Source: Lingula anatina (lineage: Eukaryota; Animalia; Brachiopoda). Taken from it: a stretch of 64,000 bases of DNA. The notes under the pieces are model-generated. The model had not been told where the DNA came from, searched no databases, and saw only the letters and a program-made list of their open reading frames with translations. Positions 12,183 through 26,300 of this stretch are shown in pieces. Made by a program: the position numbers and the translations under genes. The first letter of the stretch is position 1. The number at the start of each line of letters is the position of its first letter. The DNA lies in assembly GCA_051362555.1 (NCBI GenBank), contig CM120641.1:32618401-32682400 (forward strand), in the 5' to 3' direction.

Positions 12183-15100
12183 CTTTTTTAATTAAAGAAT
12201 TACTGCCATTTGTGGCCCTTTTCCCTCCATCTTTGCTATAACTTTATTTATATCATAAACTTGTAAATGATTTACCATACATTATTATCATTCACAGATT
12301 TATATTTATCTGTCAGTATTTTTTAATTTATACTTTGTGTATTAATCAAAGCACAAATGTCAATAAAATCACATTTTCAACTTACAACTATATAATTCTG
12401 CTGTATTTAAAAAACCCGAAATTTTCTTAGAAAATCCATTTAGGCGGGCAAATCCCGTATAGAGTACCATCAATATGAATCGAATGTAACTAAATTTTGT
12501 ATAAAATGGTATATGGTTTGGTTTTCCTTTAACACCGTCCACTGCAACCAATATTCCTCCATAAACAGTTAATACACATTGCATGCCATGTGAGCATGGG
12601 CACGCCATAAATGTAGAAATTCACCCATTTCAAAAGGAAATTGCCATGGCTTCATGCTGATGACGATATTTTGCACCTCATCATTTTCATTCGCATCTTA
12701 CAGTACGGTTAGGAATTCTCCCACGTGCTGTCGCTTGAGGTAACAAATGGCTCGATCTGGGATTTTATCATCAAAGGTAACTATCCAGCATTTTCCTGCC
12801 AAATCGAATATTCCTCCTTTACTTACGAATTATTGCTGAACTATGCCCTGCACTTGAATTCGGTGTTTTATATAATTTCAAATAACATAATTTAATTCTA
12901 AATGACTAACCATGTTCCTGTACATAATGCTTTTAATTCCTTGCACACGCATGCACACTCACGCACACGCATCTTATACCTTGCCCGACTCATCACTGTG
13001 GACTTTATACTCGCAGAATCCATATCACACGGTTTAATTGCTTCGTGGCCGTTTTAAGGACGTTCGAGTTCGCTTCGAGTTCGTTCAGATATCCCATTAA
13101 AATCACATTAAGAAGGAAACACAAGGGGAAATGCATCAAAACATAGGGAACAAAAATATGTTGATCAAATATATTACTACACGCCACAAAATCTTTAAAT
13201 TTAAGATACGTATACACATAACCAGCAAATATCAATTTAATGCAATCTCATTTACTGTTAAATTATCCAAACTATAATACAACTTACTACAGTACAATTT
13301 GCTGATTTTTTTCTTCATTCAAAATTTATTGGATATTCAGCTTTTTTCTTTTATGTAAGTTGTCATGGCAAACGTAGCTTCAGTCTAATAAGGAAGACTT
13401 GTGCATGTCATTCTGACAAAATCACCCGTAAGCTGCACAGTGTAATTGCTATTTACTGATGTCATCCCTACCGGGAACTTTATCTGATCTCGAACTTGCT
13501 GCACCTGCCTCTTCTTTAATTACCTAACATAAGCGGATGGTTTGGAATACAGCATTCAAAAGAACCATTTATATGACTGACAAAACATGGATCTCTTTAT
13601 CTTAAAGGGGCCATAAAAAGCAATCTAGAATGTAAGTCAACCGTCTTAACTTAGTGATTTAATTAGATAATTAAATCACCCAGTAAAGGAGCTTGGTTAA
13701 CAAAGTCAATCAAATGGTAACAACATGAAATGTCAAAATAGAAATCAATAGTGTGCTGGGCGAGAGATTGGTTTATGACGCAGAACAACAGATATCACAG
13801 TTATTAGTTATTGAGTTACAAGTGTTACGACGTAAAGTGTCCTTTTTTTTTAATTTCGGGGACGGACGGCAGCCGTCTTCTGGGTCTTCCGGAAGACGGT
13901 CTCAATTTTTCAAGTTTACACTGATTGGCACCTAATTCTTTCTGTCGGAAGATGGTCACAAGTGGAGATGGATCAACAAAGATCATTTGGAAGACTGTCA
14001 TAAAATATCTCTGGATCGCTCTTGAGGTTTCAGGGATGGTTACAAACCTGTTCTATATCATTTTAACCTTTGTTATTATTATCTTTTTTCTTTTATTATC
14101 AACATTGCGTCTTTTTTTTTTTTTTTTTTTTTTTGTTATCATATAGTAGTAGTGCAGTTAGTTTATGGTATTTCCTCATTTAGACGTAAATAAGTTAACG
14201 GAAGGCGATCGTGAAATTTACGTCTAGACTAAAGCATGTCTTTGCTTTAAAATAAAACCCAGGTGTCACGTTAAGTGTTCATGCAACAAAGAAAAGATGT
14301 ACAGATGTACAAAGAAGTGCAGTTTCAGTAGGCGTGACATGCCCTACACTTGTTTTACAATATCGTGATGCATCTATGGAAAAAACATGTAAAATGCCAC
14401 CTACTGTAAGTTGAGGAACAGACTTGTCTTTCGGGCATGCTAATGTAAAATTGGAGGCTCATACTCAATCTCCACACGAAAAACTATAAACGACACCGTT
14501 ATAGTAGTACACTCTAAAAACACACTCACACAAATGTAATGAAGACTATAAATCCAAGAGAGAACCATCCTTGACATATGGACGATAAGTTCTATTCTCT
14601 TCCAGATATCTAAAAGCAATACTTTGCCCGTGGCAAAAATTGCTTTTATAAAATTAATTTCCATTTTACTCGGAATAGGTATAATGTATCCAAGAACACC
14701 TGCTTGTTTCACAAATGCAGGCCTGTACCATGAGTTAAAGCATCATTTCCTTGCATCACTGTTGAAAAACATTCTGGAATCGATGCCTTCTTTGCATAAG
14801 AGACGCGTTAGCCTACCAGCTGAGATACGATAAAAAGAACACAGGAAGAGAAGTCAGCCTGGGAATGTGGGATTGCTCTTTCAAACATGCTGTAATGTAA
14901 TAATGATCACTGATGGATTTGTTTAAAAAATGTATCGTTGACATGTCTTCAATATTTTAGCAGCTATCTTAGTTTTTTTTTTTTACTAAAATTCATTTGC
15001 GTTATGAGGATTATTTCAGTTCCTCTGACGTTCCTTTGAAAACGTATTCGGTTGCTTAAAAATTAGTGAAGATCATGCTATCGATGAAAATACCGAATAG

Positions 15101-18100
15101 ATAGTTTTTAGAGAATCTATCGTGCAGAGACACGTGCCGGGTGATACAGTGACTTGTATTCCTTAGAAATGCGCGGCTCTGTGACGCTTGTGTTCACTTA
15201 AATGGCAGCATAACGTTGAAAGTTAGCATACCCCTCATTCGTCGTGCGTGAAATGCTTAACGAATACGCTGGAGAATTCTTTTCTATAGAGATGGGGTAT
15301 AAATAATTGTTCATAAAATCAGATTTATAAACCTGCAAGAAATGTGATTAAATCTTCTTTTTCCACTTACATATCACCTGCTTCGATTTGCCCATCATTA
15401 TATAAATCATCTAATCATAATTGGATATACACAACATATTGTCTGAGCTAATTGTATCAACTTCAGTGCAGTCCCACGCAGGCTACGATCAAGATATCTT
15501 AGTGCCAACAAATTTGATTTGTACATGGCCTATTTCCAATGCAAAATGCGTTTTCAGAAATAAAAAAAGATCAGAAGGTCAGATATCATTTCATCGAAGA
15601 GACATGTCAGCCTGTTCTGAGGGGAGAGTAAGAAGAAAAAGAAAAAAAATTGTCAAGTGTTTATTTGTTGAATATTTTGTAGAATTTTTTTTCTTTTTTT
15701 TGTGGTGGAGATTGCTTGATCAAACAAGTTATTCACAAGGGTATGAGTTTTAAATTTTATATTATTAAAATTCTCTCACTTGAAAAAATTGTCCTTGCTG
15801 GTGGTGTCCAAAATATCACAGAACAAATGCCTAGTAAATATTTGACAAAACTTATGACTGAGCGTGTGTGGTCGATCAAGGCAGGGCGTTGAAACTCTAT
15901 TTTAAATCCGAATGCCCATGCCCCCTGCTAGAAAAAAACCTCCTTCCCTTGGGCATCATATAGCATAGCCCCAAAATCTTTAAATCGCTGTGTTATATGT
16001 ATTATCTTATTGTTTTTCGTCTAGAAATTTTCTTGAAAATTAAATTGGGTTCTCTACATACATGCATGTGGTTCGCCCACGATGAGATCGACGCACCACA
16101 TCGAAATTCATGTTATTAGCAATAAGGAAAACCAACAAAGCCATTACTCAACTTATGTTCCATTATTATATTAACTACTGCGACCGAATGGTTTCTCATC
16201 AGCACGGAATGGTTATCACAGCACGTTGGGTTACATATACTCGAAATAAGGACGTCAGAAAAAAAACCTTTCAGATTGGAGTCCGTATTCGACACCAATA
16301 CGTATGAACAACGCGATCTGTATTAATGTGAATCAAAGCAAATATGGGTAATGTGAACCAAATCGAATATCCAAACATGAGTCACTGTCTAGAGCAGTTA
16401 GACAAAAACATCATGAAAATGAAAAGAAAAATGAAAAACTAAAAGTATAAGCAAAGACAACGTGCTCAAAAATTACATTTGCATTTATAAAATTTACGTT
16501 ATGTTTCTATGGAATTTCGAAGGTTGAACGATAAATGAATTGCCTCGACTGGAAAAAATATCTACTTCGCATTATCATATGATCTCAAAGCACTGAAATA
16601 CGCAAGGATTATATTTTCATTTTTTAAATCAAGTCAGTGGTGTTCGGGTTCTACCTACCTTTATGTTTATTCTCCTTTTCGTTCACGGGTGCACAATACA
16701 CGAGAGAGAACGCAACGGCAAATGTTCCAAGAGCTTCCAAAAACGTAGCCACCTGCATTTTGCACGAACAATAACGCGGGAACAGTATAGTATTATTTGT
16801 TATTTGCACTTCACAGCGCTTTCAGGAAAAGAGAAATATGACAGTCTCTACCTTAGAGCTTTGTTATGTTTTCTACCCTTTGTGTTTGGCACACCGCATA
16901 GACCACTTCGATCTGAAAACTAAGTTGCTCTGTGTTCGCTCTCCAAATGATAGCGAATATTCAAAACTTCTGCATTCGGTTCTCAACTGGTGTGCGACTC
17001 CAACAAGCTGTTTCCAATAAATGACCGTGAATCCAGGGAAATGCAGATAGAGACTTCAATAATGGTAATGGGGTTCCAAAGCTATTAATTATCTTCTCGA
17101 CGTTTACGCAGGTCTCCAATCAGCGTATAGGATCCCTGATCAGACGATCAATAAAAGGCTCTCCTTGCAGATATCGCGCTTTCGCACAGCCAAGTAGTCA
17201 AAGTGACCCTTGGTGAGATTAAAGAACACTTAGGAGGAGGATATTGCTAAAACATCGTCATTACGTGTATAATGATATATTAAGACAAGTATCGCCATGC
17301 ACAAGCGGGCTATACTGGCATGTTGCTCTGTTACAAAAGGGTCGATAAATCCGGTAATGTCAAAAAGCATAGACAGAAAGCATGACTACCAATTACAGAA
17401 AGGGGGTGGTGGTGATTTTGCATATTAACATTTTATGTCCATTTAAATGTGGGCTTTTGTATTTCAAAATTACCAGAAATATACTTATTTGAAGCGGATC
17501 AACAGGTTATAATTTAACATGAGTACATAAAGGTCATAAAGATGGTGCCATAATTAAAAACGAGAAAAAAATAATATCGGCTTTAATATCACCTGTCAAT
17601 CAAATATTTTCCTTTGAAAGGTGCCCACCTTCATTACAGGCTCTCATTTTTTTCTCCAGGAGGCATTTATGTCTGGGCATGTATGAATTACTGTACTGGG
17701 AAAAAGTTCTAAGTTCGTTCGTGGGTATGATGATAATCGAGTATGTTCGTGAGACCTCTCAGCTCATTTTTCCCCCGGAGATTGTTCCGGAAGCTTGGAA
17801 ACTCGATTACACAGAAGTAAGTGATGACTGCTTAAGTTCTGTCAGAAGTAAATTGAAAGATATCGCCAACTGAAATTGAAGCCAAAGAAATTACGGAGCC
17901 TGTCATGAAGGAAAACCAAGAGACATTAGATCTGTAATAAGTAAATGGTCAAACTGTATATGACAATCGCAATTTTTCAGGTTCCAATGGGTTTCATACC
18001 CGAATCAACGAGTATGTGTGGTTTTGATGAAAAAATTAACACACACGTGCATCAGGTAATATTCTACCAAATTATTGTAAAAAAGAAAAAAGAACATCAA

Positions 18101-18453
18101 TGAATAAGTCCGAATTTGTTTTCTAAGAAAGGTTCTCGTGTCAGTGATGTTGTTGTTTTGATGACTTACCGAGCCTACGCGCAATATCCAAATAAATCAA
18201 TAAGAGAAAGCGTGTTTGAACAACAACAACGACAGGAAGACTGTGTTATGCAACCCGAACCACATAGTCATGCTTTCTGGTGTATTTACTGAACGTCGAT
18301 TATCTTATCTGCATATAAGCTATTGTGTTAGCTGTGTGAGAACAACGTGGGAATTATAGATTTACCAATAAACAGTATCAATAGTGGACTGAACTCGAAA
18401 GACTCACATATGGACCATAGTGATAGATATAAATAAGAATGTGAAGATACTCA

Positions 18454-18489
<36 letters not shown>
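18454..18489. repeat. (AAT)n microsatellite
   Basis: Read directly. Confidence 0.9.
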
Positions 18490-19424
18490 TCTTATTATTT
18501 ATTTATTTTAAGTCTAAAATCCATAAAATATTCAGTAGACCCTACATCTTAAACAATTTATGAAAGCTTTTTGTAAAATGATTATGAGATATGCATGTTT
18601 ATGAAATTAGAGTTTGACTACAATAACAGTAATTAGAATTAAAAAATCCAAGATTTCGCCATAAGATGCAATTTCTAATATATACAATGTCATTAATAAA
18701 CATATTAAATATGTGTGTTTTTTCGCTCCTTAAATGATATCTGCCAGTGAATCATTTGTCTTAGGTGAATAGGCAGGTTATTCTACTCCACCGCTGCAGC
18801 TATGCAAAATGCTGGATCACCATGTTTAACCTAGCTTTGGGAGTTTTCAGTTAAAGTTTGTCACCAGCTGACCCTAGAGTTCTTTGTGACGTTTAATCAG
18901 ATCACTTATATATTTTGGAGCTAGATTATAAAATGCAGCACGTGTAAAAAACTCAATTCTAGCCCGACCTCGTAACCAGTGCAGCTGCTTTAAAATTGGA
19001 GTAATGTGGTAATCTTTAGGCTATAACATTACAAACCGTTTCAAAATATATTCTGAATTGTATTTTTTTAATCTTATCATGTGGACATCCATAGAGTACA
19101 GGGTTGCAGTTATCCAGCTTAGAAGAGACTAATGCATGTATAACAGCAGCAGCAGATGATAAATTCAGATGCTTTCCTAAAGTGCCCATATTCCGAATGT
19201 TGAATAATATTAACAGGACTTGGTAATGTTGGAGATCTATCTATCTCCCCATTGATGGTGTAGAATCAAACTATAGCCTACTTTTAATTTTTACATGGGG
19301 AGAGTTTATTTGCCACACTAGCACCTATTTACAGCTGGTGGTTCTGTACAAGACCCTTGTTATGCGGCTGAGTACGGCTGAGTAATAACATAAAAACCGA
19401 TTTTGCCGGCAAAGAGGCCATTAC

Positions 19425-19585
19425 TGACTAACGGATTGACTTGACTTTGCCAATTTGACTTGACGGATTCAGCCGAATTGGCATACTAATTAACCGGCCG
19501 GCTGTCTTTGCCGACTTAACTAATTGACTGATTAATTTGACTGACTTAGCTGACTACCTGACTTGTCAATTAAAAGACTGGCTGG
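19425..19585. repeat. Degenerate TGAC(T)/GCCG low-complexity repeat
   Basis: Recurring TGACT, TTGAC and GCCG units. Confidence 0.55.
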
Positions 19586-20313
19586 ATCCCAATGTAGGCC
19601 TATTATATAGAGTGAATAGGCCTATATAATTCTTTGATCTATTGGCCAGAGTTTTGACACGTTTGGGTCAAAATTTAATTTTGATAGTTATGTTTCATTT
19701 AAGTGGTAATTCTATCACCTAACAGTTGAATTAACGATTGCCAACCTTCTCATTTCTTTCCATCATTCCATGCATACAGTCCAAGTATAGTTAGGTTTTT
19801 TTTTTCAAATTTAAAGACAACGTTACTTTGGTTTTCAACCATCAAAGGGTATTTTTTGTCAAAAAGGTAAAGCCGGTTTGCTATAGTAATTATAAGTATC
19901 AGAGTCAATTGAGAAATCACCTACTTCACCAACAGTGTCGCATCAAAAGCTTTAAGTGAACAATATAGATTTCAAAATTAACCGAAATCTTTGACTGATT
20001 AGCAATATTGGCCTACCTATCCCAAACATGGTAGCCTACGTTGAAAAAATTTAAACTTCATAATTTGTAAAATCGGTAAGTAAATGAATAAGAATCGAAA
20101 TTCAAGGCATGCACAAAAATGTAAAGGCTTTAGTAGATAAATTAAACAAAATTAGAAAATGCAGCCTTTTCTAAAATTACGATATAAAAAAATTTCTGGT
20201 GTTTCGGAGAGCAAACAGTGCCCTTTGATACGGTTTAGAACAATGATTTAGCTAGTTAAAAGTATAATTTGAAGAGAGGAATATAACTGGTGTGATATAT
20301 TTTTCAGAAAGTG

Positions 20314-20364
20314 AAGGGGGGGGGGGGTCAGGACCCCCCTGACCCCCCTCTAAATCCGCCACTG
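20314..20364 (-). mobile_element. Solo hAT-like MITE end
   Basis: The minus strand reads CAGTGGCGGATTTAGAGGGGGGTCAGGGGGGTCCTGACCCCCC, a common invertebrate hAT-MITE terminus. No partner end was found. Confidence 0.45.
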
Positions 20365-20500
20365 TGATATAGGATCGAGTCACTGTGGGGTGTAGCTGAG
20401 ACTGATATTCAGGCACATGCAACACGCTGACTAAAGGAAGAGAATGACTTCCTGGACTTTGAAAAGGAAAAGGTAACAATTTTTAAAGATTCACCCCCTA

Positions 20501-20509
20501 AAATAAATA

Positions 20510-20560
<51 letters not shown>
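20501..20560. repeat. (AAT)n microsatellite
   Basis: Read directly. Confidence 0.9.
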
Positions 20561-20984
20561 TGATAAATTCAATCCGTCACTAATTATGACCTCTATATTT
20601 TCTATATAGACCTATTTATGCATTGAGATTAATAATAAACATAGGATTTTGATGCAAGTGAAGATTTCAGTCTATTATGGAATTAGAAATTTTACTTCAA
20701 AGATGCGCAGAGCAATAAATAAAAACGATTCGTAGTTCGTCTGCTTGTCTCGTGAACAGGTGCCTTTGACCCATATCCGTTCAATTTCAACCAATAAGAT
20801 AAAGCCAGGTGAATGTCAGTTTGACCTAATTTACCGCAGTCTGTACAGAACCGACGCATTTACTTATCTAATACGATAGACTAAATACCAAATTCCAGGA
20901 TTTCTTTAACAAACATTGAAAACCTACAGTGCTAATTGTCGCATATTTTGTAAGATAACTGCAAGCCAGTTACAAAGGTGTTAC

Positions 20985-21034
20985 AGGGCACTTCCGCTGT
21001 CAGATGACACGTGGTACAACACTCTAAGATGGCT
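20985..21034 (+). promoter_or_regulatory. LMAN1 proximal promoter: ETS-like CACTTCCG, bZIP/UPR-type TGACACGTGG, YY1-like AAGATGGC over the start codon
   Basis: Motifs read directly at ~20989, 21005-21014 and 21026-21033; a CCAAT lies at 20791. Function is inferred. Confidence 0.5.
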
Positions 21035-23281
21035 GTGGGCATGGATGTTGTTTTGGCCGGCTGCACTCTCATATTCGCTGTTTATTCGGTAACTGCAGAA
21101 CTACCACGTAAAAAATTTGAATATAAGCTCAGTTTAAAGGGGCCGCATCTTATACAGAGTGATGGGTCAATTCCTTTTTGGACGCACGGTGGAAGTAAGT
21201 ATTTTGAGCTAAAGGCCGGCTGGACCCTATGGCATATGTTAGATGTTAATCAGTTGCATACGTGGATAGTGATGTTGCTTGTTTTCACGACAGAATTTGA
21301 CCTCTTGTGTAACGTTTTATTCGAGACAAATGTTCGTCCCGTCTCTATGTGTGTTTGCTGGTCAGTTTTTGCAATTAATCTTGAACTTTAAGTTAAAAAT
21401 GGGATTTGTGATAGTAGGTGCTGAGCTAGCTGAACAAAATGACTGTGGTATAACTAGGCTTAGTTAGCTGGCAGTACAGTATATTGTAATTTCTTTTTAT
21501 TGCTGTGGTGCATTTATAAATCTTCGATTTATTATATAGAAGAGGTAAAGCTGTGATAAGTATAATCAAAGTCAAAAGAATATTATTTATTTCGATATTT
21601 TCATTTCCTTGTATGTACATTTAGACACAGGAAGGGGGGGGTATTATCATTAAAATTTTTATAGCTTTTTTCTAAAGGTCCAATGTAAACTTCATGATAT
21701 GCATTTACCTAAAGTGCAATGTCCAGATTCATTTTTTGCTCAGAACATTTTTGAAATTTTGACTGTACATCTGTCAACAGTCCCATATAGCTTGTGTGAT
21801 CTCACAACTACTGTGTTGCAGTTTTCAGGCTGAAAAAATGTTTTTCTTATGAAGAAATGCATAGCTGTACTTCTATTTTAAATCCCAATTCTGTATTATG
21901 GTGTTGTAGTGCTACAGTGTGTATTGGGTTTTACTTGCACTTAAATAATTTTCAAATAGTCGGTTATCCCTAACTTCTCAGGTTCCGTATGTGCCTTTTT
22001 TGGCCTTTAAATAAAATAATTTTAGTATGTAACATTGTTTAAAAATAAAAGCTTATGCAAAGCTGGTTCTTTTTTTTACATTTTAGATGCAATTGCTAGT
22101 GACCAGTCTATAAGAGTAACTCCATCTCTTCGAAGTCAAAAAGGTAAAGTATTACATCTATCAGCATACACTTTATTACTGTAGACTCTGATGACACGGA
22201 AGAAATCATCTTGATATCAGTAGACAAGTTTATAAGGTCTTTTATAAAAAGCAGTCTTTTAGTTTATGAGATTTTTATTTAATTTTTCTATAAAGCCTTA
22301 ACAATAAAAGTGGTAGGAAGGATGCTGAATGATTAAGTGCAAAATTTCCTTGTCGAAGAACAAAAGATTACAGAAAAAAAGAGAAACAGATGAGTGATAT
22401 TATTGATTTTTTAGTCTAAAAAGGCTCTCTCCTTAAACAGGTTTACCACAGAAAGGCCCAGGCCTGTAAAACTGTGCGTCTTTATCTGGTTGTTAAGAGC
22501 AATCAGGCTGTACAATCAAATAGCCAGCCCATCGTTTGAATGAGAACAACTAATGAACTGCTCTAAACAACTGTTCACATATTGGAAATCAATACCCATG
22601 TGGCACTAATGTACTAGTTATTTAATCTATACACCTGGATAACCTTTTTCTCTGTGTTGTTTGTATAGGGTGGGTGTGGTCTAAGAATACCAACCCCCAT
22701 GAGCATTGGGAGGTTGAGGCTACCTTCAGGATATCAGGCAGAGGAAGAGTTGGAGCTGATGGACTGGTAAGAAGACATGAAAAAACCATGGTAGAATCTG
22801 CAGAGCTGTAGTGTTTGAACTGCAGTTATGATTTGCCATGATATTCTCTACTGAATGATTTACAGAACAGATCTGTGTATTTTATGGATTAATATTGTGT
22901 CTGAGGCACTAGCCGCTAAAGGGTAAATGAAAAATGTGTTGAGTGAAATGATGTGGCACAGCTTGAGTGTGCTCCAGAACGTCAAAATTTTTCAATGTCA
23001 TAGCATTAATAATTCTTAATTTAAATAAATGTTCCTTTGCACATGCTAACCTCTCTGGTCACAATTAATAAGATATATTTCTATAAATATTTACATTTAA
23101 TTTATATTTAAATCTGATATCGGTTATGCAGCTGATAGGGCTTATGCTAATTGTGCACCCTTCAGAACTTTGTTAAGAATGCACACAAAAAACACTGGAG
23201 GATCCAGGATTTTGCGGAGGAGGGCACAAAGATAAAAAAATTGGCTTGCTTCATTGGCATATATTAAGTAGTAAACTGGGA

Positions 23282-23312
<31 letters not shown>

Positions 23313-26300
23313 GTATCTGGGGCACCAAGTTTGAAAAATTGTTTTGTTTTATCACATTACCTTTGTTATACTGTTAACTAAATGGGGGTGGGGGAGGGGG
23401 TTTGTGGTTCACTTGGCTCTCCCACTTGAATCTGTCATTGAGTGGGACTATGTAATATTGATATGGTATTGCTTCAGGCCATCTGGTATACCACACAACA
23501 AGGAATGGATGGACCAGTGTTTGGTGGAAAAGACCAGTGGAATGGTCTCGGAGTATTCTTTGACTCATTTGATAATGATGGCCAAGTAAGTAGGAAACTT
23601 CTTAACATGTGATTAATGGCAAACTAGAAGTGAATTGTTTGTTTGGTGAAATATGTATATTGGTTTTTTCTTTTTTAATGATAGTAAAAGAGTAATTTCA
23701 AATTGTTTCTAGAGGTTTATTGAATGGTGAAATGGCATGTCTCATAATAAAAAGTAAAGTCTCTTTAAATACAGCTGACTCTTTTAACTGTTGTTGTTTG
23801 TTAATTTATCCGGTGAATATCATTATATTTCCAGCTTCTGTAGAATAGACAGTCTTAGATGTCAATTGGTAATTAATTATGCATTTTTCAAGGGATATAT
23901 TCCAATGATCTTTAAGAAAAATGTTGCTATACAGACTAAATTCATGATGTTCAAATGCTTTTTTTCCAATTTGCAGCACAACAACCCCTATGTTATGGTG
24001 ATGCTGAATGATGGCACTAAACAATATGATCATAATAGGTAACTTTTTATTGACTGTTAAATCCTCAGATCAGGGGATCAAAGGTGTTACAATCACTTTT
24101 ATCTCGGTTGCCTTACCTTGATTCACAATACCACGTACTATTTTTTTTATTCATTGTAATGACACATATACAGGAAATGGTTTTTATAGTTAAATTAATG
24201 CTGGCTGACTTTGCTGATCTCACTCAGAAGGGAAAAAAAGAGATACAAATGAAACTAATTAAAAGAAATATGCGAAGCGCACAGAGTTGTAAGTTTTGGT
24301 TAAACTAAGGATTTGTTCAGCAACTCTTGTGTGCAGTTACAGTTCTTGCCATACTGCAATAATTTTTTTTTTTTAATTTTTTTTCAATTCTTTTCTTATT
24401 TTTTGACAGTCTATGTCAAGTTGACACCCTGACTGGAATGACACATGTACAAAGTGACTGAATTATTGTGATAAATTCATTACTCTAAAATAAGTTTCTG
24501 GTTGTGACATTTACAGGGGTGTGCATCTTTTGTATGATTTGGTACAAATCATATGATTCAAGTGTCACCATAATGCAAGATATTGAATTAAGATGCATTT
24601 TAGTATATTCTTTTATAATGAACGAGTTATGATGTAATTTCCTTTACTGATATATTTTCTACAACTGTTCCTGTCAAAATAACAATATATACGGCTTCTT
24701 TTGTATTTTATGCTATATAGCATGTAAGACATTATTGACTCACAAAGTGTCTTTTAATTCTGAATAATTAGACCTTTTCTTATTATCATTTGTTTTCCCT
24801 ATTTCAGTGATGGTCAGCACCAGCAACTAGGAGGCTGCCTCAGGGATTTTAGAAACAAACCTTTCCCTGTAAAAGCTAAAATTGAATACTACAAGAATGC
24901 CCTTACAGTAAGTTATCTTCTTTAGGTACTTACATAAAATTTTCAGGCACAACACCTTCTTTTACTTTTGCACTTTTTGAAGTTAATCATATCCGTTTGT
25001 TTAATTTCTAAAATGAATCAAACTTTTAAAAACTTTTGAATCAACATTTCGGTATAACTTACAATATTTATTTTATTTTTTAATTTGATTAATTTTGTTA
25101 GAATATGTTGAGTTGTTTTATTATGTTTGGCATATACTCTCAAATCCTCAGCCCTTGCTTCATTTGTTCTTAGTTATCATTATTTTAGTTGAGCATTTAC
25201 ATGTTTTAGCAAAAATCATTATGTATATATTTATCATTATTGTTGTGTAAAGGGTCTTGAAAATAAAAGCTACAGTGGATTATGATGAAAACACTGATTG
25301 ATTCCCAACATTAATATGTATATAAATATATAGTTGTTATGTTTATGTTAAAATGAACATTGAAAAGGGAACTTATGGTGTCAAGATTGTCAAATTTGTT
25401 TACTAGTAATACTAGTATTTCTGTTATGAACTGTTTTCACCACTCTTTATGGGAAAGTAGTTTGCCTATTTCTCAGAGTAACTTGAATATAACCTGGATG
25501 ATTCTTGCCCCTCACAGTGGACCACAGTATCTCAGTGCTTAAAAGGTTAAAGAATGTATGGCTTTTTTTTTCAAAGAAAAATATTAATTTGGTTAAGAGA
25601 ATTTTAAAGCTGATCAATTTCTTAAAGGACATCTTTTGTCAATTTTTTTTCTCTTTTTTAGCTTTCCATCCATAATGGTATGACCAACAATAAGGATGAT
25701 TATGAAATCTGTGTCAGGGCAGAGAATGTAAATCTTCCAAGGAATGGGTACTTTGGTGTCTCAGCAGCCACAGGTGGACTAGCAGGTACTGTAGAACAAG
25801 TTAATTATATACAGACATTAGAGTAATTTAGTTCTGATTTGAGTTGCATTTAGAATGATAAGAAATATGGATAGATTTTTTTCCAAAATAGTCATCACTG
25901 TTGGAAGCTTCTGGAAAGCAAGAACATTGTGCTCTAGCTGAAATGAGCGCTTCTTTCAGTTGCAGAATTTTGCTGTTGTCATAGCTTTGCAAATTATAGA
26001 TTAGTGGACATTGTGATGTTTTGTTAAATTGGTTTGGACTTTGGAAACAAATTTTGTTGAAATAATTGTTTCATACCTCTAAATAAATCTGAGAATTGTT
26101 AAGTTATTAATAAGGGGTTACGGAAAAAATGTTGTTTTGAAAGACAAAATTTCAGAAAGTAATCAGTACAAAAATATGGTTTTAATGAAGTAAGCCTATC
26201 ATGTAGATTTCCATTTATCACAAAAGCTAGACAATCACATAAAAGAAACTGTTACCTGTTGTGCATTATCTTTATCAGAAAAATGGGATATTGATGTTCT

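Noticed and set aside
13870-13900. Short hairpin CCGTCTTC...GAAGACGG as an RNA gene
   Set aside because: It has only an 8-bp stem and no tRNA, snoRNA or miRNA hallmarks. I recognised no tRNA or rRNA genes anywhere in the window.
18169-18272. Minus-strand MTMWFGLHNTVFLSLLLFKHAFSY with a strong downstream donor as the missing signal-peptide exon
   Set aside because: An in-frame TGA precedes the donor. It could at most be a non-coding exon.
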